Source: Actinomycetes bacterium (GTDB lineage Bacteria > Actinomycetota > Acidimicrobiia > Spongiisociales > JAHEDJ01). Taken from it: DNA of 64,000 nt. A program made the position numbers and the translations under genes. The DNA lies in NCBI GenBank assembly GCA_024641245.1, contig JAHEDK010000002.1, positions 167,136 to 231,135 on the forward strand, read 5' to 3'. The notes under the pieces are model-generated. The model was not told the DNA's origin. It worked only from the letters and a program-made list of their open reading frames with translations, and made no database searches. Shown here one piece after another: positions 9,055 through 19,877 of this stretch. Positions within the stretch are counted from its first letter, which is position 1. Every line of letters begins with the position of its first letter.

Positions 9055-10461
9055 ATGAAACTTCGTCTCCACAGTCCCCGCGAGCTCGCCACCAGGCTCA
9101 GATTGACCGCGCGCCGCAACCCCGAAGAGGTAGAGGAATACCTCGATACCCACCATGAGGAATGGGAAGCGCTGGCGGAGGCGGACCCGCACGATGCCGC
9201 CGACATCCTCGAGGAACTAGGCGAACAAGCGGCCACCGACCTCATCGCCGATCTCGATCCGGACGACGCCGCCGACGTCCTCGAGGAAATGCGGGACGAC
9301 CTAGCTGCCGACATCCTCGAGGAGATGGACCCGGAGGATGCAGCTGATGTCCTCGAGGAGATGCCCGCCGACGAGGCAGTCGACATCATTCATCGCCTCG
9401 ATCCGGAAGCGCGGATGGAGCTCATCGCCAAGCTCGAGCCGTACTTCACCGACGAAGTCAGACAGTTGCTCGAGTACCCGACGGACACCGTCGGGGGCCA
9501 TATGACTTCATCGTTCGCCTCGCTGCCGCTCGGCATGACCGCAGGTGAGGCGATCGAGCGCATCCGGCAGCTGAACGAAGAGCTCGAAGATCTCTCCTAC
9601 GTCTACATCGTCGATGACGACCGCAAGCTCGTTGGTGTCTTGTCGTTCCGGGAACTGGTGTTCAATCGGCCGGGTGCCGGCCTCGCCGACGTGATGATCC
9701 CGAATCCCATTGGCGTCACTCCCCTCACCGATCGCGAAGAGGCCGCAGAGCTGGCCCAGCGCTACCACCTCTTCAGCCTCCCCGTCGTCGACGACAGTGG
9801 ACGGCTGATCGGCCGGCTCCCCAATGAGGAAATCATGGAGGCGATCCAACTGGAGGCCTCCGAGGACTTCGCGCTGGCGACCGGTGCCGGTGCCCACGAG
9901 ACGGTCTTCACGCCCGTGTTGGGCTCGGTCCGGATGCGGCTCCCCTGGCTCAGTCTCAACCTACTCTTCGCCCTGGTGGTCACATTCGTGATCGAACACC
10001 AAACAGGGATCATCAGTGAGGAGCCCATCCTGGCGGCGTTGATGCCCGTGATCGCCGGGCTCGGCGGCAACAGTGGGTTCCAGAGCCTGGCCGTGGTGAT
10101 CAGGGCCCTCGCCACCGATGACGTCCCGGGTGCTCAGATCTTTTCGGTGATGGGTAGACAACTCGCCATTGGTGTCCTGAACGGAGTGAACCTGGCGGTA
10201 ATCGCCGGGGCCCTCGCCATGTTCCTGATCAACACCGGCGTCTTCAACTCCAACTCGTCGCCCATCACGATGGGGCTTGCGGTGGGCATCGCCGCCTTCG
10301 GAAACGTGACTGTTGCCGGCTTCGCAGGGTCCGGCATACCACTTCTGCTGAGGAAACTTGGACTCGATCCTGCCCAGGCCTCGAGCATCTTCCTGACGTT
10401 GATCACCGACGTCGTCGGCTTCGGTGGGTTCCTGGCCATATCGGCCGCGATCTTGAGCTGA
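9055..10461 (+). CDS. mgtE: magnesium transporter MgtE
   Basis: Acidic N-domain, tandem CBS domains and five C-terminal TM helices (PVIAGLGGNSGFQSLAVVIRALA, LITDVVGFGGFLAI). Confidence 0.85.
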   Translation: MKLRLHSPRELATRLRLTARRNPEEVEEYLDTHHEEWEALAEADPHDAADILEELGEQAATDLIADLDPDDAADVLEEMRDDLAADILEEMDPEDAADVLEEMPADEAVDIIHRLDPEARMELIAKLEPYFTDEVRQLLEYPTDTVGGHMTSSFASLPLGMTAGEAIERIRQLNEELEDLSYVYIVDDDRKLVGVLSFRELVFNRPGAGLADVMIPNPIGVTPLTDREEAAELAQRYHLFSLPVVDDSGRLIGRLPNEEIMEAIQLEASEDFALATGAGAHETVFTPVLGSVRMRLPWLSLNLLFALVVTFVIEHQTGIISEEPILAALMPVIAGLGGNSGFQSLAVVIRALATDDVPGAQIFSVMGRQLAIGVLNGVNLAVIAGALAMFLINTGVFNSNSSPITMGLAVGIAAFGNVTVAGFAGSGIPLLLRKLGLDPAQASSIFLTLITDVVGFGGFLAISAAILS

Positions 10462-10602
10462 ACGCGGAAATCCGGGTCTCGGGGACCCGTTCATAGTTCT
10501 GGTTACAGAACCCGAGTTGATTGCTTCGACGTGAAGAGGTGTTTTCAGCGTGCCGGCACTCGCAAGCCTGAGCCGTTGCCCTCCGAATCGGCGTTATCCC
10601 TT

Positions 10603-12186
10603 CTAGCCCGTACGGCCCGGGAATTCCACAATGTCGGCGGTTCGGCTCATCAATCGATCGACCTCGATCATGGCTCGCACGACATTGGCATCGAACCGGC
10701 TGCCGGCGTGGGCACGCAACTCGGCAAATGCCTGCTCCGGCACCATCCGCGGCCGGTGTGGGCGGTCGGAGGTCATCGCGTCGTACGCGTCCGCCACCAA
10801 AACGATTCTGGCGAACAGCGGAATGTCCGCTTCCTTCAACCGGCGTGGATACCCCTCGCCGTCAAGTTGTTCGTGATGACATAACACGGCATTGGCAACG
10901 TCTTCGTGCACAGCTTCGGCTATCAAATCGAACCCGCTGGCCGCATGCGCGCGGATAGCCGCCCAATCCTCATCATTGAGTGATTCGGTCTTGAGTAACA
11001 CCGAATCGGGAACGGCTAGCATCCCGACATCGTGAAGTAGCCCCGTCAATCTGAGCCGTTCGAGCTCGAAAACCTTCAGTTCCAGAACCGTTCCAATCTG
11101 TGTCGACAGCTCCGCAACCCGCACCGAGTGATCGGCCAGCCACGGCGCCCGCATGCGCAAGGCGGCGAGCAACGTTCCAACAACGGGCGTCATCGAGGTG
11201 AGCGACCGGCCCGAGCCGGCAAACGCCGGGGCGCCACCACTCAGCTTCGTGCAATTCTTGCCCGCCCGCTTGGCCGAGTACAGCGCCCGGTCGGCGGCTT
11301 CGACGATGTCCTTGGCCGACTGTGCATCATGTGGGAAGACCGAAACACCGAGGCTGACCGTCACCTGCCCGACACCAGACATGGGCTGGTCGGCAACTGC
11401 CAGACGGATACGCTCTGCCGCCTGGATCGCCCCTTCGGCATCCGTTTCCGGCATGATGATCCCGAATTCTTCACCTCCAACACGGCAGGCGATGTCGACC
11501 TCCCGGATCTGCCTCCGAAACGCTTCACCCATTCCCCGCAGCACAGCATCGCCGGTGCTGTGACCGTAGTTGTCGTTGACCGCCTTGAAATCATCGATGT
11601 CTGCCATGACTACGGCCAGCGGACGGTCGTAGCGACGGGCGCGCTCGAGTTCCTCACTCAGTCGATCAAAGAAGTATCCATGATTCTTGAGGCCGGTTAG
11701 CCAATCGGTGACTGAGAGCGCCTGCAACTGCGTTACCGATTGTTCGAGTTCCTCGTTCCGCTCCCGCTCACGCTCATAGAGCCGGCTGATCTCCTCGAGC
11801 ACCGGTCTACTGGCCTCGGCCGAGAGAAGGCCGGAACCACTGGAAACAGCCCGGATCGCGCCGATCAGATCTGCAGGCTTGCCTTTCACGACATAGGCGG
11901 CAGTGCCGGTGGATACCATTTCGCCGAGATGGGCTACATCACCGAACGAGGCGATCGCGACAATCTCGAGGCGTTGAGCTGAGAGGTCGCGCAACCGCCT
12001 GGCTGCCGTAACAGCCCCCATACCGGGGAGCGCGACGTCGATGACGGCCACCGTCGGGGACATGACGCGAGCGCGCTGGATGGCTTCCTCACCGGTGGAG
12101 GCTTCCCCAACGACTTCGAAACCGGCTCCTGCCAGCACACTTGCCGTGGCGGCACGAGCAGTTGCATCGTCGTCGACGAGCATCAC
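10603..12186 (-). CDS. response regulator receiver - GGDEF diguanylate cyclase - HD-GYP phosphodiesterase hybrid
   Basis: REC (DVALPGMGAV), GGDEF domain (GHSTGDAVL...RVGGEEFGII), HD-GYP domain (LHDVGMLAVP...HHEQLDGEGYP). Confidence 0.85.
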   Translation of the reverse strand: MMLVDDDATARAATASVLAGAGFEVVGEASTGEEAIQRARVMSPTVAVIDVALPGMGAVTAARRLRDLSAQRLEIVAIASFGDVAHLGEMVSTGTAAYVVKGKPADLIGAIRAVSSGSGLLSAEASRPVLEEISRLYERERERNEELEQSVTQLQALSVTDWLTGLKNHGYFFDRLSEELERARRYDRPLAVVMADIDDFKAVNDNYGHSTGDAVLRGMGEAFRRQIREVDIACRVGGEEFGIIMPETDAEGAIQAAERIRLAVADQPMSGVGQVTVSLGVSVFPHDAQSAKDIVEAADRALYSAKRAGKNCTKLSGGAPAFAGSGRSLTSMTPVVGTLLAALRMRAPWLADHSVRVAELSTQIGTVLELKVFELERLRLTGLLHDVGMLAVPDSVLLKTESLNDEDWAAIRAHAASGFDLIAEAVHEDVANAVLCHHEQLDGEGYPRRLKEADIPLFARIVLVADAYDAMTSDRPHRPRMVPEQAFAELRAHAGSRFDANVVRAMIEVDRLMSRTADIVEFPGRTG

Positions 12187-12264
12187 TCGAATGTCCAGTG
12201 CAGTCCTCCGCGTCGATAGCTTCTGTGTTCCTATCGGCGCGAAACCGGCGATCGTTGAGGAACT

Positions 12265-12801
12265 CTATGAACCGATCTCGTAGCCTGGCACATCCTGGAA
12301 TGGGCCTTCGAAAGAGACCGACGTCCCGTCGACGAGCTTCAGCAGATAGTGGGCCTCGAGATCGGCCTTCTGGTCGTCGGTGAGATCGGCCGGGTCGGCG
12401 AGTACTAGTTCGAGCACCGAAGCGTCGTCGATCACGTGTGCCTCGGCGACGGGGCCGAACGTGTCAACGACATCGAGGATGAGCTGTTCTAGGTCGTGGT
12501 CCGTCACACCACTGCTGACGTCATCCAGGACGATCACGAGAAGATCACCGTTGTCACCGGGACTCCGATGGACGATCTCGTAAGTCGGCAGCGCGGCGAC
12601 CTCGAGCGTAGTAGTGGTCGAGTCACCTTCGTCTCCCTGTGTGTCGACTCCGTCCGCGTCGCCGGAGGTGTCGCCGCTCAGGATGCTCGTAGACGTCGCA
12701 GACGCCTCATCCGTGAGGGTCGTCGTGCTCTCGTCGTCTCCGCTGCACGCGGCTGCTGCCAGGAGAGCGATCAGAAATGGGATCAGAATTCGTATGCGCA
12801 T
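12265..12801 (-). CDS. hypothetical lipoprotein (acidic, Thr/Asp-rich)
   Basis: Signal peptide with lipobox LLAAAAC; start set at MRIRILIPF. Confidence 0.45.
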   Translation of the reverse strand: MRIRILIPFLIALLAAAACSGDDESTTTLTDEASATSTSILSGDTSGDADGVDTQGDEGDSTTTTLEVAALPTYEIVHRSPGDNGDLLVIVLDDVSSGVTDHDLEQLILDVVDTFGPVAEAHVIDDASVLELVLADPADLTDDQKADLEAHYLLKLVDGTSVSFEGPFQDVPGYEIGS

Positions 12802-12873
12802 GACCCTCCAACGTACACGACCATCGCCAAAGTTCCCTATCAACCTGCGTGCGGGAGGGGTAGGATCTGACAG

Positions 12874-14187
12874 GTGAGGCGGATTTGCTGGGAATTCGTG
12901 CTGGTTTTACTCGTGTTTGTTGCGTCGACGGGTCCTGTTGTCGCGCAAGAAACGACAGATCTGCCGACCTGCGCCCCGATCACGCTTGAGGACCTGTTTC
13001 CCGAGTTGTATGCACCGGAGGAACCGGCGGCGGATGACTCGGCTGCCGAAGCCCCGGTGGCGGCGGAAGAACCGCCCGCTGATGCACCGCCGGTAGAGGA
13101 GCCACCCGCGGATATACCGCCGGCAGGCGAGCCTCCTGCCGAAGCTCCACCCCCCGTCGAGGAACCGGCTGAACCCGCCTGCACGCCATTCGTCTACAAC
13201 CTCGACTACCCGGTGGCCGGCAAGTCGGTGGCGGTGTCCTCGTTCGGCGCAGATCGCTCCGACCACCAGCACGCCGGCAACGATATCGCGGCGGCGTCTC
13301 TCACCCCGGTAGTGGCTGCGGCAAGCGGACGGGTTTCCTGGGTCGCTCCGGAGTGCTGCGCGCTGGCCATCCGCCATGACGACGGCTGGACGACCTGGTA
13401 CATCCACCTCAACAACGATACGTTCGGCACAGATGACGGCCTCGGGTGGGGGATCGCGCCGGGGCTGGCGGTGGACACACCGGTTGTGGCCGGACAAATC
13501 ATCGGCTGGGTCGGCGATTCCGGCAATGCCGAAGACTCGCAGCCGCATCTCCATTTCGAGTTGCGGGATCCGTCGGGAACTGCAGTCGACCCGGCGTCCA
13601 GCCTCTCGGCAGGCCGGCAGCGAACGGAGACCCAGGACTTCCGGGGACCATTCGCCGACGACGATGGAAGCCCGTTCGCAGAGGCGATCTCGACACTGAC
13701 ATCGGTGGGGCTTCTAGCGGGATGTGGCGACGATCCGGCCGCCTTCTGCCCCGATACACCGATGACCGGCCTCGAGATTGCCACTCTGGTAGAGCGCATC
13801 ACCGACCTCGACATCACCAACGTACGCCTGGCGAGAAGTCCGGAAGGTCCCTGGCAAGACAGGATGAGGGCGCGAACCGGTTTCGTCCGGCCACCCCGCG
13901 CGTTGTCATCGTGCGCCCTCAGGGCGTTCTGCACCGACGCTCTCATCACCTTTGAAGATCTGAGAGAGCTTGCGGCCCTCCTACAGGAAATGACCTCAAC
14001 CGACCTCGACACGCTCATGACCGTCGAGGATCTGGCGGGTTCGCTGTTGGAGCAGAGCGATGGCAGCACACCGCTCGCCTACTGCAACGCCTCTCTCACC
14101 CGCTACGTTACGAATGGAGAAATGGCAGAGATGATCGCCAGGGCGCTGGGACTGGTCGGCCCACCGCCGTGTGATCAGATCGAGTGA
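12874..14187 (+). CDS. secreted M23 family metallopeptidase with N-terminal Pro/Glu-rich repeat
   Basis: Signal peptide; (E/A)PPA-type repeats; M23 motifs HQHAGNDIAA...GDSGNAEDSQPHLHFEL. Confidence 0.7.
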   Translation: MRRICWEFVLVLLVFVASTGPVVAQETTDLPTCAPITLEDLFPELYAPEEPAADDSAAEAPVAAEEPPADAPPVEEPPADIPPAGEPPAEAPPPVEEPAEPACTPFVYNLDYPVAGKSVAVSSFGADRSDHQHAGNDIAAASLTPVVAAASGRVSWVAPECCALAIRHDDGWTTWYIHLNNDTFGTDDGLGWGIAPGLAVDTPVVAGQIIGWVGDSGNAEDSQPHLHFELRDPSGTAVDPASSLSAGRQRTETQDFRGPFADDDGSPFAEAISTLTSVGLLAGCGDDPAAFCPDTPMTGLEIATLVERITDLDITNVRLARSPEGPWQDRMRARTGFVRPPRALSSCALRAFCTDALITFEDLRELAALLQEMTSTDLDTLMTVEDLAGSLLEQSDGSTPLAYCNASLTRYVTNGEMAEMIARALGLVGPPPCDQIE

Positions 14188-15008
14188 GCAGCTGCCAGAA
14201 CGCGCTCCCTGAACGCTGCTCCCAATGCAGGCGTCACCGATCCGCCGGCGAACCTACGCTCCCCCACCCGGCTGACCGGCATCACCTCTTTCACGGTCGA
14301 CAGGACGAAGAACTCTTGCGCACGCTCGAGTCGTACGATCGGGAACCGGCCCTCCCGCACTTCGATACCGAGATCGGCAGCCACCTCCATGGTCACCGTT
14401 CGAGTGATCGAGCTGAGAATGCCGAGATCGAGTGAAGGGGTCTCAACCACTCCGTCGACGACCCAGCCGACCGAATTCGTCGGACCCTCGAGCATGATCC
14501 CTTCCCGACTGATCAGCAATGCGTCGTCGAATCCTGCGGATTTCGCCATGCGCACGGACGCCATGTTTGGTCCGTATGACAGGCCCTTCACTCCTGCCAG
14601 CTCCCATGGAAACCCACCAGAGTGCCATGGGGCTGATATCTCAATCAGCGCCATGGACGGCGGAAGGATCGGCAGTTCCTCCCAAAAGACGATCAGCCTC
14701 GGTGGGGCGTCGATGTGGGCATCGGTACCGCCCCTGGTGGCGATCACGCGCACCACACAGTCCCCACCGTCGGCGGCGGCAGTCGCTACCCAATCGGTGA
14801 TCAAGCTTCGATCCGGCAGCATCGCCTCCATACCGAGAACAGCCGCGCTGTTCATGAGCCGATCGAGGTGAGCGTCGACGGCGAAGGCGACACCATCGTA
14901 TGACCGGAGAGCCTCAAAGCAGCCATCACCTCGTACGACTCCCCAGTCGAACACGGAGATGGAGGCAGTAACGGGGTCGACCTCTTTGCCATCGATCAGG
15001 ACTCGCAT
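14175..15008 (-). CDS. class IV aminotransferase (branched-chain aminotransferase / aminodeoxychorismate lyase family)
   Basis: Fold-type IV motifs (VFDWGVVRGDGCFEALR, ...SREGIMLEGPTNSV); start at MRVLIDGK. Confidence 0.75.
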   Translation of the reverse strand: MRVLIDGKEVDPVTASISVFDWGVVRGDGCFEALRSYDGVAFAVDAHLDRLMNSAAVLGMEAMLPDRSLITDWVATAAADGGDCVVRVIATRGGTDAHIDAPPRLIVFWEELPILPPSMALIEISAPWHSGGFPWELAGVKGLSYGPNMASVRMAKSAGFDDALLISREGIMLEGPTNSVGWVVDGVVETPSLDLGILSSITRTVTMEVAADLGIEVREGRFPIVRLERAQEFFVLSTVKEVMPVSRVGERRFAGGSVTPALGAAFRERVLAAAHSI

Positions 15009-15111
15009 GCGTGAGAGGCTAGCGCTGGTGGGGAAGAGGCAGAAGGCCATCAGCCCCACGGAGGTGGCGGAGGAACTCGGTACTGCGGCGATCTCCGTGT
15101 GTTCGGAATCA

Positions 15112-16821
15112 CTAGCGGCCCTGATACCCGTTCGTGATCGGGAGCCTGCGGTCCTTTCCGAACGCTTTCGTCGTGATCTTCACGCCCGGGGCAGCCTGCC
15201 GCCGTTTGTACTCGTTCTGGTCGACCAAGCGCGCCACGCGGGCAACGACGTCCGGGGCGAAGCCACGAGCAACTACACCGGCTACCGACAGGTCATCCTC
15301 GACGTATGCTCTCAGAATCCCATCGAGCTCGTCGTAATCGGGAAGGCTGTCGCTATCCAGTTGGTCGGGACGCAACTCAGCCGACGGAGGTTTCTCGATG
15401 ATGGAAGGAGGGATCACCTCGCGCTCAGTGTTACGCCATAAGGCCAGGCGGTAGACAAGGGTCTTGAGGACGTCTTTCAGGACCGCGTATCCGCCTGCCA
15501 TGTCCCCGTAGAGAGTGGCATAGCCGACCGCCATCTCAGACTTGTTTCCGGTCGCCACGACCATCCCTCCGAATTTGTTGGAGACCGCCATGAGGATGGC
15601 GCCCCGGATCCGGGCCTGCAGGTTTTCCTCGGCCACTCCAAACGGCTCTCCTGCAAACACGGGCATCAGCGTGCGGAGATAGGCCTCGAACACGTCGTCC
15701 ATCGGCACGACCTCAAAGCGAATCCCCAATCGTTCGGCGAGGTCACGTGAGTCGGTAACCGAACCATCGGAACTGAAGCGAGAAGGCATTGAGATCCCCA
15801 GCACATGCTCTGGCCCCAGGGCATCGGCGGCGATGACTGCAGTCAGTGCGGAATCGATGCCCCCGGAGAGCCCGATTACTACATGGTGGAAGCCGTTCTT
15901 GCGTACATAATCACGCAGTCCAACCACAAGCGCCCCGTAGACCTCCGCCTCGGGTGGTTCGAGTAGCGGGACCGGCGCAACCGGTTCGAGTGGGCGACGT
16001 TCGGCCCGGTCGGATGAGATCGAGTCGATGACGCGATTCGATCGCCTGTCGGAGATCGGCACGTCAACGACAAAGAAGTGCTCGACGAACTGGGGTGCCC
16101 TGTAGAGAAGAGTCCCGTCGGCTGTCAGCACGAGACTGGCACCATCGAAGACCAACTCGTCCTGCCCCCCGACCTGATTGACGTATACCAGAGGAACGCC
16201 TGCCTCGAGGGCGCGCTGCCGCAACATCTCTTCGCGCTCGGTGGCCTTGCCGTAATGGAACGGCGAGGCGTTGATGTTCAGCAAAACCTGTGCCCCACCG
16301 GCTGCTTGTTGCGCTGGAGGCCCGTCGGCAACCCAGATGTCCTCGCAGACGGAGACGCCCGCGGCAACTCCGTCCAATCCCCACAGGGCAGCTTCGTTGC
16401 CGCCGCGGATGAAGTAGCGGGTCTCGTCGAATACGCCGTAATCGGGCAGCAGGACCTTGTGATACACCCCCCGCACCGCGCCGTCGTACAGAAGTCCTGC
16501 TGCATTGGCCAGCGTTCGCTCCATTGCATCGCCGGTGGGAACGCGTCCGCCCCCTGCCCTATCGACGAATCCGACCACCGTCACTGCTCGGCGGGAAGCC
16601 GAAGCCAGACGGTGGAGCACCTCGAGGTTGGCGTCGATGAACCCCTGCCGCAGCAACAGGTCCTCGGGCGGGTAGCCGGTGATGGCCAGCTCAGGCAGGA
16701 CCAGCACATCTGCCTGCTGTTCCTCGGCCCTGGACATTGCTTCGAGGATCTTCACTTCATTGCCCGGGAGGTCGCCGACAACCAGATCGAGTTGCGCACC
16801 CGCTACGCGAAGGTTTTGCAT
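15112..16821 (-). CDS. nadE: glutamine-dependent NAD+ synthetase
   Basis: N-terminal CN-hydrolase domain (LVLPELAITGYPPEDL) plus C-terminal NAD synthetase PP-loop (GLSGGIDSAL). Confidence 0.9.
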   Translation of the reverse strand: MQNLRVAGAQLDLVVGDLPGNEVKILEAMSRAEEQQADVLVLPELAITGYPPEDLLLRQGFIDANLEVLHRLASASRRAVTVVGFVDRAGGGRVPTGDAMERTLANAAGLLYDGAVRGVYHKVLLPDYGVFDETRYFIRGGNEAALWGLDGVAAGVSVCEDIWVADGPPAQQAAGGAQVLLNINASPFHYGKATEREEMLRQRALEAGVPLVYVNQVGGQDELVFDGASLVLTADGTLLYRAPQFVEHFFVVDVPISDRRSNRVIDSISSDRAERRPLEPVAPVPLLEPPEAEVYGALVVGLRDYVRKNGFHHVVIGLSGGIDSALTAVIAADALGPEHVLGISMPSRFSSDGSVTDSRDLAERLGIRFEVVPMDDVFEAYLRTLMPVFAGEPFGVAEENLQARIRGAILMAVSNKFGGMVVATGNKSEMAVGYATLYGDMAGGYAVLKDVLKTLVYRLALWRNTEREVIPPSIIEKPPSAELRPDQLDSDSLPDYDELDGILRAYVEDDLSVAGVVARGFAPDVVARVARLVDQNEYKRRQAAPGVKITTKAFGKDRRLPITNGYQGR

Positions 16822-16862
16822 AGGCGTAGCTTAGGAACGCGTCAACCAACGCAAGGGCGGGA

Positions 16863-19790
16863 ATGAACGGCAATCGGTCACCATCGCGATACGGCATCTG
16901 GCCTGAACTCGCCCTGCGCCTTGCGCGGGCCGGGTGGCTCACCAACGGTGTGGTCGACGAACCGGCCGTTCCCCTCTTGCGCGCCGTCCGTTCTGGGCCC
17001 GATCCGGAGGGTGCACTCGAGCGGATCGCCGCCATCCTCGAGCGAGATCCGGGGGTCGCCGCCCGGACCCTGGAGGATCTCCAGTTCGGTCTCGCACTGG
17101 TGGCTGTGGCAGGAGCCAGCCGGGTTCTCTCTCAACGAGTGCTGCTCGAGCCGGCCATGCTGCCGGGACCGCACGATTCCTCTCCCCGGCCGCCCGATTT
17201 GCATGACATGCATCCCGAAGCCCTGAGAGCCGTCCGGCGCTTTGTTCAGACCTCGATGCTCGGAATCGCCGTGCGCGACCTCATGGGCTACGACGACCTG
17301 CCCGCCGTCGGTAGAGCACTGGCGGTGCTGGCAGACTCGGCGGCGACGTTCGCACTCGAATCCGCCCATAACCAGGTGCGCACAGCGCCGCGCTACGCAG
17401 ATATGCCACCCGTCCCTATCGCGGTCATAGCTATGGGGAAATGGGGTGGCCTGGAACTCAACTACTCCTCGGATATCGACGTTCTGTTCGTTCACGGCAA
17501 CCCCTCGTCCCTGGATGCCGGGCGCGCAACTGAGTACGCCGGAAGAGTCAGCGCGACCTTCATGGCCACACTCTCCCAGGTCACCGCCGATGGTTCCGCC
17601 TATCGAGTCGACGCCGATCTTCGACCGGAAGGGAAGAACGGTCCGCTGGTGCGCACCGTGGAGTCGTACCGCGCCTATTACGAGCGCTGGGCCAGCACCT
17701 GGGAGTTCCAGGCCCTCATCAAAGCCCGCCCGGCGGCCGGTGATGTGGCGCTCGGTGCTTCCTTCCTGGCCGCCATCGAACCGTTTGTCTATCCGGAGAC
17801 ACTCGACCCATCGGCCGTGCGAGAGGTCCGGGAGATGAAGGGACGCATCGAGGGACGAGCCGCCGAACAGGGAATCGACGAGGCCGAGATCAAGCGTGGA
17901 ATCGGGGGAATCCGGGACGTCGAATTCGCGGTGCAACTGCTGCAGTTGGTGCACGGGAGATTCGATCCCCACTTGCGTTCGCCCAACACGCTGAGGACCC
18001 TTCGCACACTCGCCGATGAAGGGTATGTCGGCCGGCCAGACGCAGAGGCAATGGCAACCGCCTACGTGTGGTTGCGCACCCTCGAACACCGGATCCAGCT
18101 GGTGGACCTTCGCCAAACCCACATGCTCCCCATACCCGCCTCTGAGCGCGAACGTCTCGCCAAGGCGATGACCTACCGGGACGGCGCCGCGGGATCCGCC
18201 CTAGCCTCATTCGAGCGTGATCTCGTCACGCACCGGAGCGTGGTGCGAACCATTCACGAGCGCCTGTTCTACCGCCCGCTGCTCGAGGCCTTTGCCGCCT
18301 CCCCGACCATCGCACTCACACCAGAAGGTGTGGCGCGCCAACTCTCGGCCCTCGGGTTCCGGGACGTTTCCGGGGCGCGTCGGGCGGTGGTGGATCTAAC
18401 CGCAGGTCTGTCGAGGCGTTCGAAGCTCATGCAGCAAACGCTCCCTCTGTTGCTCGAGTGGCTGTCACGGTCGCCGGATCCCGATCTGGGTCTCGAGCAA
18501 CTTCGCGTTCTAGTCACGACCACGAAGGACAACGCACCGCTGGTCGCGATACTTCGTGACAATCCGGTGGCGGCGGAGCGACTGTGCTATCTGCTCGGGG
18601 CCAGCCGCGTTGCCGGTAGGTTCATCGACCGCATCCCGCGCTTCCTCCCGGAACTCGGTGACGACAGTCGCATTCGCCGACCTATGAACCCGGCTGAGGT
18701 GAGAACGGACGCAGTCGAGTACGTCATGTTGCGTCCGACACATGAACGCCGATTGAACGCATTACGGAGATACGTCCGCAGCGCAACGCTGCGCATTGTG
18801 GCCAGGGATCTGCTCGACCTGGGCGGGGAACTACCGCCGGCCAGGGAGCTCTCGGACCTGGCGGACGGAGCCGTCGGCGCTGCCTTGCAGATTGCAGGGG
18901 ATGAATTCAGAGGTACGCCAAGTGCCGGGCTTCCATTCTCAGTCATTGCCATGGGCAAATGGGGAGGTCGGTTTCTCGACTACCCATCTGATCTCGATGT
19001 TCTCTTCGTCTACGAGGCCGCCGAAAACCTCCACGGGGAGCCTGCTCGCAGAGCTGCCGACGAACTCGCCCGCCGGTTCAGCGCCGCGCTGGGAAAGGTG
19101 ACCCCGGAAGGCATTGCCTTTAGAGTCGATCCCGGGCTGCGGCCCGAGGGCAAGGACGGCCCCCTCGCCCGCACACTGGACGGATACCGACAGTATTACG
19201 AGCGCTGGTCGGCGGTGTGGGAACACCAGGCGCTCATCAGGGCCCGCTGTGTGGGCGGCGATGCGGAACTTGGCGAACGATTCGTTGCCATGGCAGGGGA
19301 ATTCGCATTTCCGGATCGACTCTCATCGGAGGCCGTCCGCGAGATCCGCACGATGAAGGCTCGTATCGAGGCCGAGCGGATACCTCCCGGCGAGGATCCC
19401 GACTTCCATTTCAAACTGGGCAGAGGAGGTCTGGTCGATGTCGAATTCCTCGTGCAACTACTGCAGATGCGCCGCGGAGCGGTGGTGCCGGCCTTGCGCG
19501 CTCCGGCGACGCTCGAGGCTATAGCCGGAGCCGTCGACGCGGATCAGCTGACTGCCCAGGAAGGCGACAGCCTCACGGCGGCCTACCAGTTCTGCACGAA
19601 GATCCGCAACCGCCTCTACATCCAGACGGGCAGGGACATCGGCTCGCTGCCGACCGATCCGACCGAGCTCGCCCGCCTCGCCTTGTCACTCGGCTATCGA
19701 GGAGGCTCGGTCGGCAAGCTGCGTGAGGACTACCGCAGGGTGACGCGCCGGGCCCGTCGAGTCTTCGAACGACGATTCTATGAGGATTGA
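16863..19790 (+). CDS. glnE: bifunctional glutamine synthetase adenylyltransferase / adenylyl-removing enzyme GlnE
   Basis: 975 aa with two nucleotidyltransferase repeats (AMGKWGG...SDIDVLFV and AMGKWGGR...SDLDVLFV). Confidence 0.9.
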   Translation: MNGNRSPSRYGIWPELALRLARAGWLTNGVVDEPAVPLLRAVRSGPDPEGALERIAAILERDPGVAARTLEDLQFGLALVAVAGASRVLSQRVLLEPAMLPGPHDSSPRPPDLHDMHPEALRAVRRFVQTSMLGIAVRDLMGYDDLPAVGRALAVLADSAATFALESAHNQVRTAPRYADMPPVPIAVIAMGKWGGLELNYSSDIDVLFVHGNPSSLDAGRATEYAGRVSATFMATLSQVTADGSAYRVDADLRPEGKNGPLVRTVESYRAYYERWASTWEFQALIKARPAAGDVALGASFLAAIEPFVYPETLDPSAVREVREMKGRIEGRAAEQGIDEAEIKRGIGGIRDVEFAVQLLQLVHGRFDPHLRSPNTLRTLRTLADEGYVGRPDAEAMATAYVWLRTLEHRIQLVDLRQTHMLPIPASERERLAKAMTYRDGAAGSALASFERDLVTHRSVVRTIHERLFYRPLLEAFAASPTIALTPEGVARQLSALGFRDVSGARRAVVDLTAGLSRRSKLMQQTLPLLLEWLSRSPDPDLGLEQLRVLVTTTKDNAPLVAILRDNPVAAERLCYLLGASRVAGRFIDRIPRFLPELGDDSRIRRPMNPAEVRTDAVEYVMLRPTHERRLNALRRYVRSATLRIVARDLLDLGGELPPARELSDLADGAVGAALQIAGDEFRGTPSAGLPFSVIAMGKWGGRFLDYPSDLDVLFVYEAAENLHGEPARRAADELARRFSAALGKVTPEGIAFRVDPGLRPEGKDGPLARTLDGYRQYYERWSAVWEHQALIRARCVGGDAELGERFVAMAGEFAFPDRLSSEAVREIRTMKARIEAERIPPGEDPDFHFKLGRGGLVDVEFLVQLLQMRRGAVVPALRAPATLEAIAGAVDADQLTAQEGDSLTAAYQFCTKIRNRLYIQTGRDIGSLPTDPTELARLALSLGYRGGSVGKLREDYRRVTRRARRVFERRFYED

Positions 19791-19877
19791 TCCCGGCGAC
19801 GCGGGCCGACCCTGAAGCCGATACCATTGCGTCCCCGCCGGTTTTGTCACTCCGTCGGCGCGGTCAGGAAGGCAGCG

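Noticed and set aside
16878-18122. Long antisense ORFs in the six-frame track (e.g. 16878..18122 -, 6423..7502 -, 3212..4414 +, 22142..23128 +, 24893..25834 -, 30421..31629 +, 35642..36418 -, 36671..37567 -, 42554..43309 +, 60606..61631 -, 62815..63933 -)
   Set aside because: Each lies opposite a gene with clear family motifs (GlnE, anti-sigma, hydrolase, DAHP synthase, acyltransferase, RlmD, cytochromes, ccmC, NHL). Their translations are Arg/Pro/Gly-rich low-complexity typical of spurious high-GC antisense frames.
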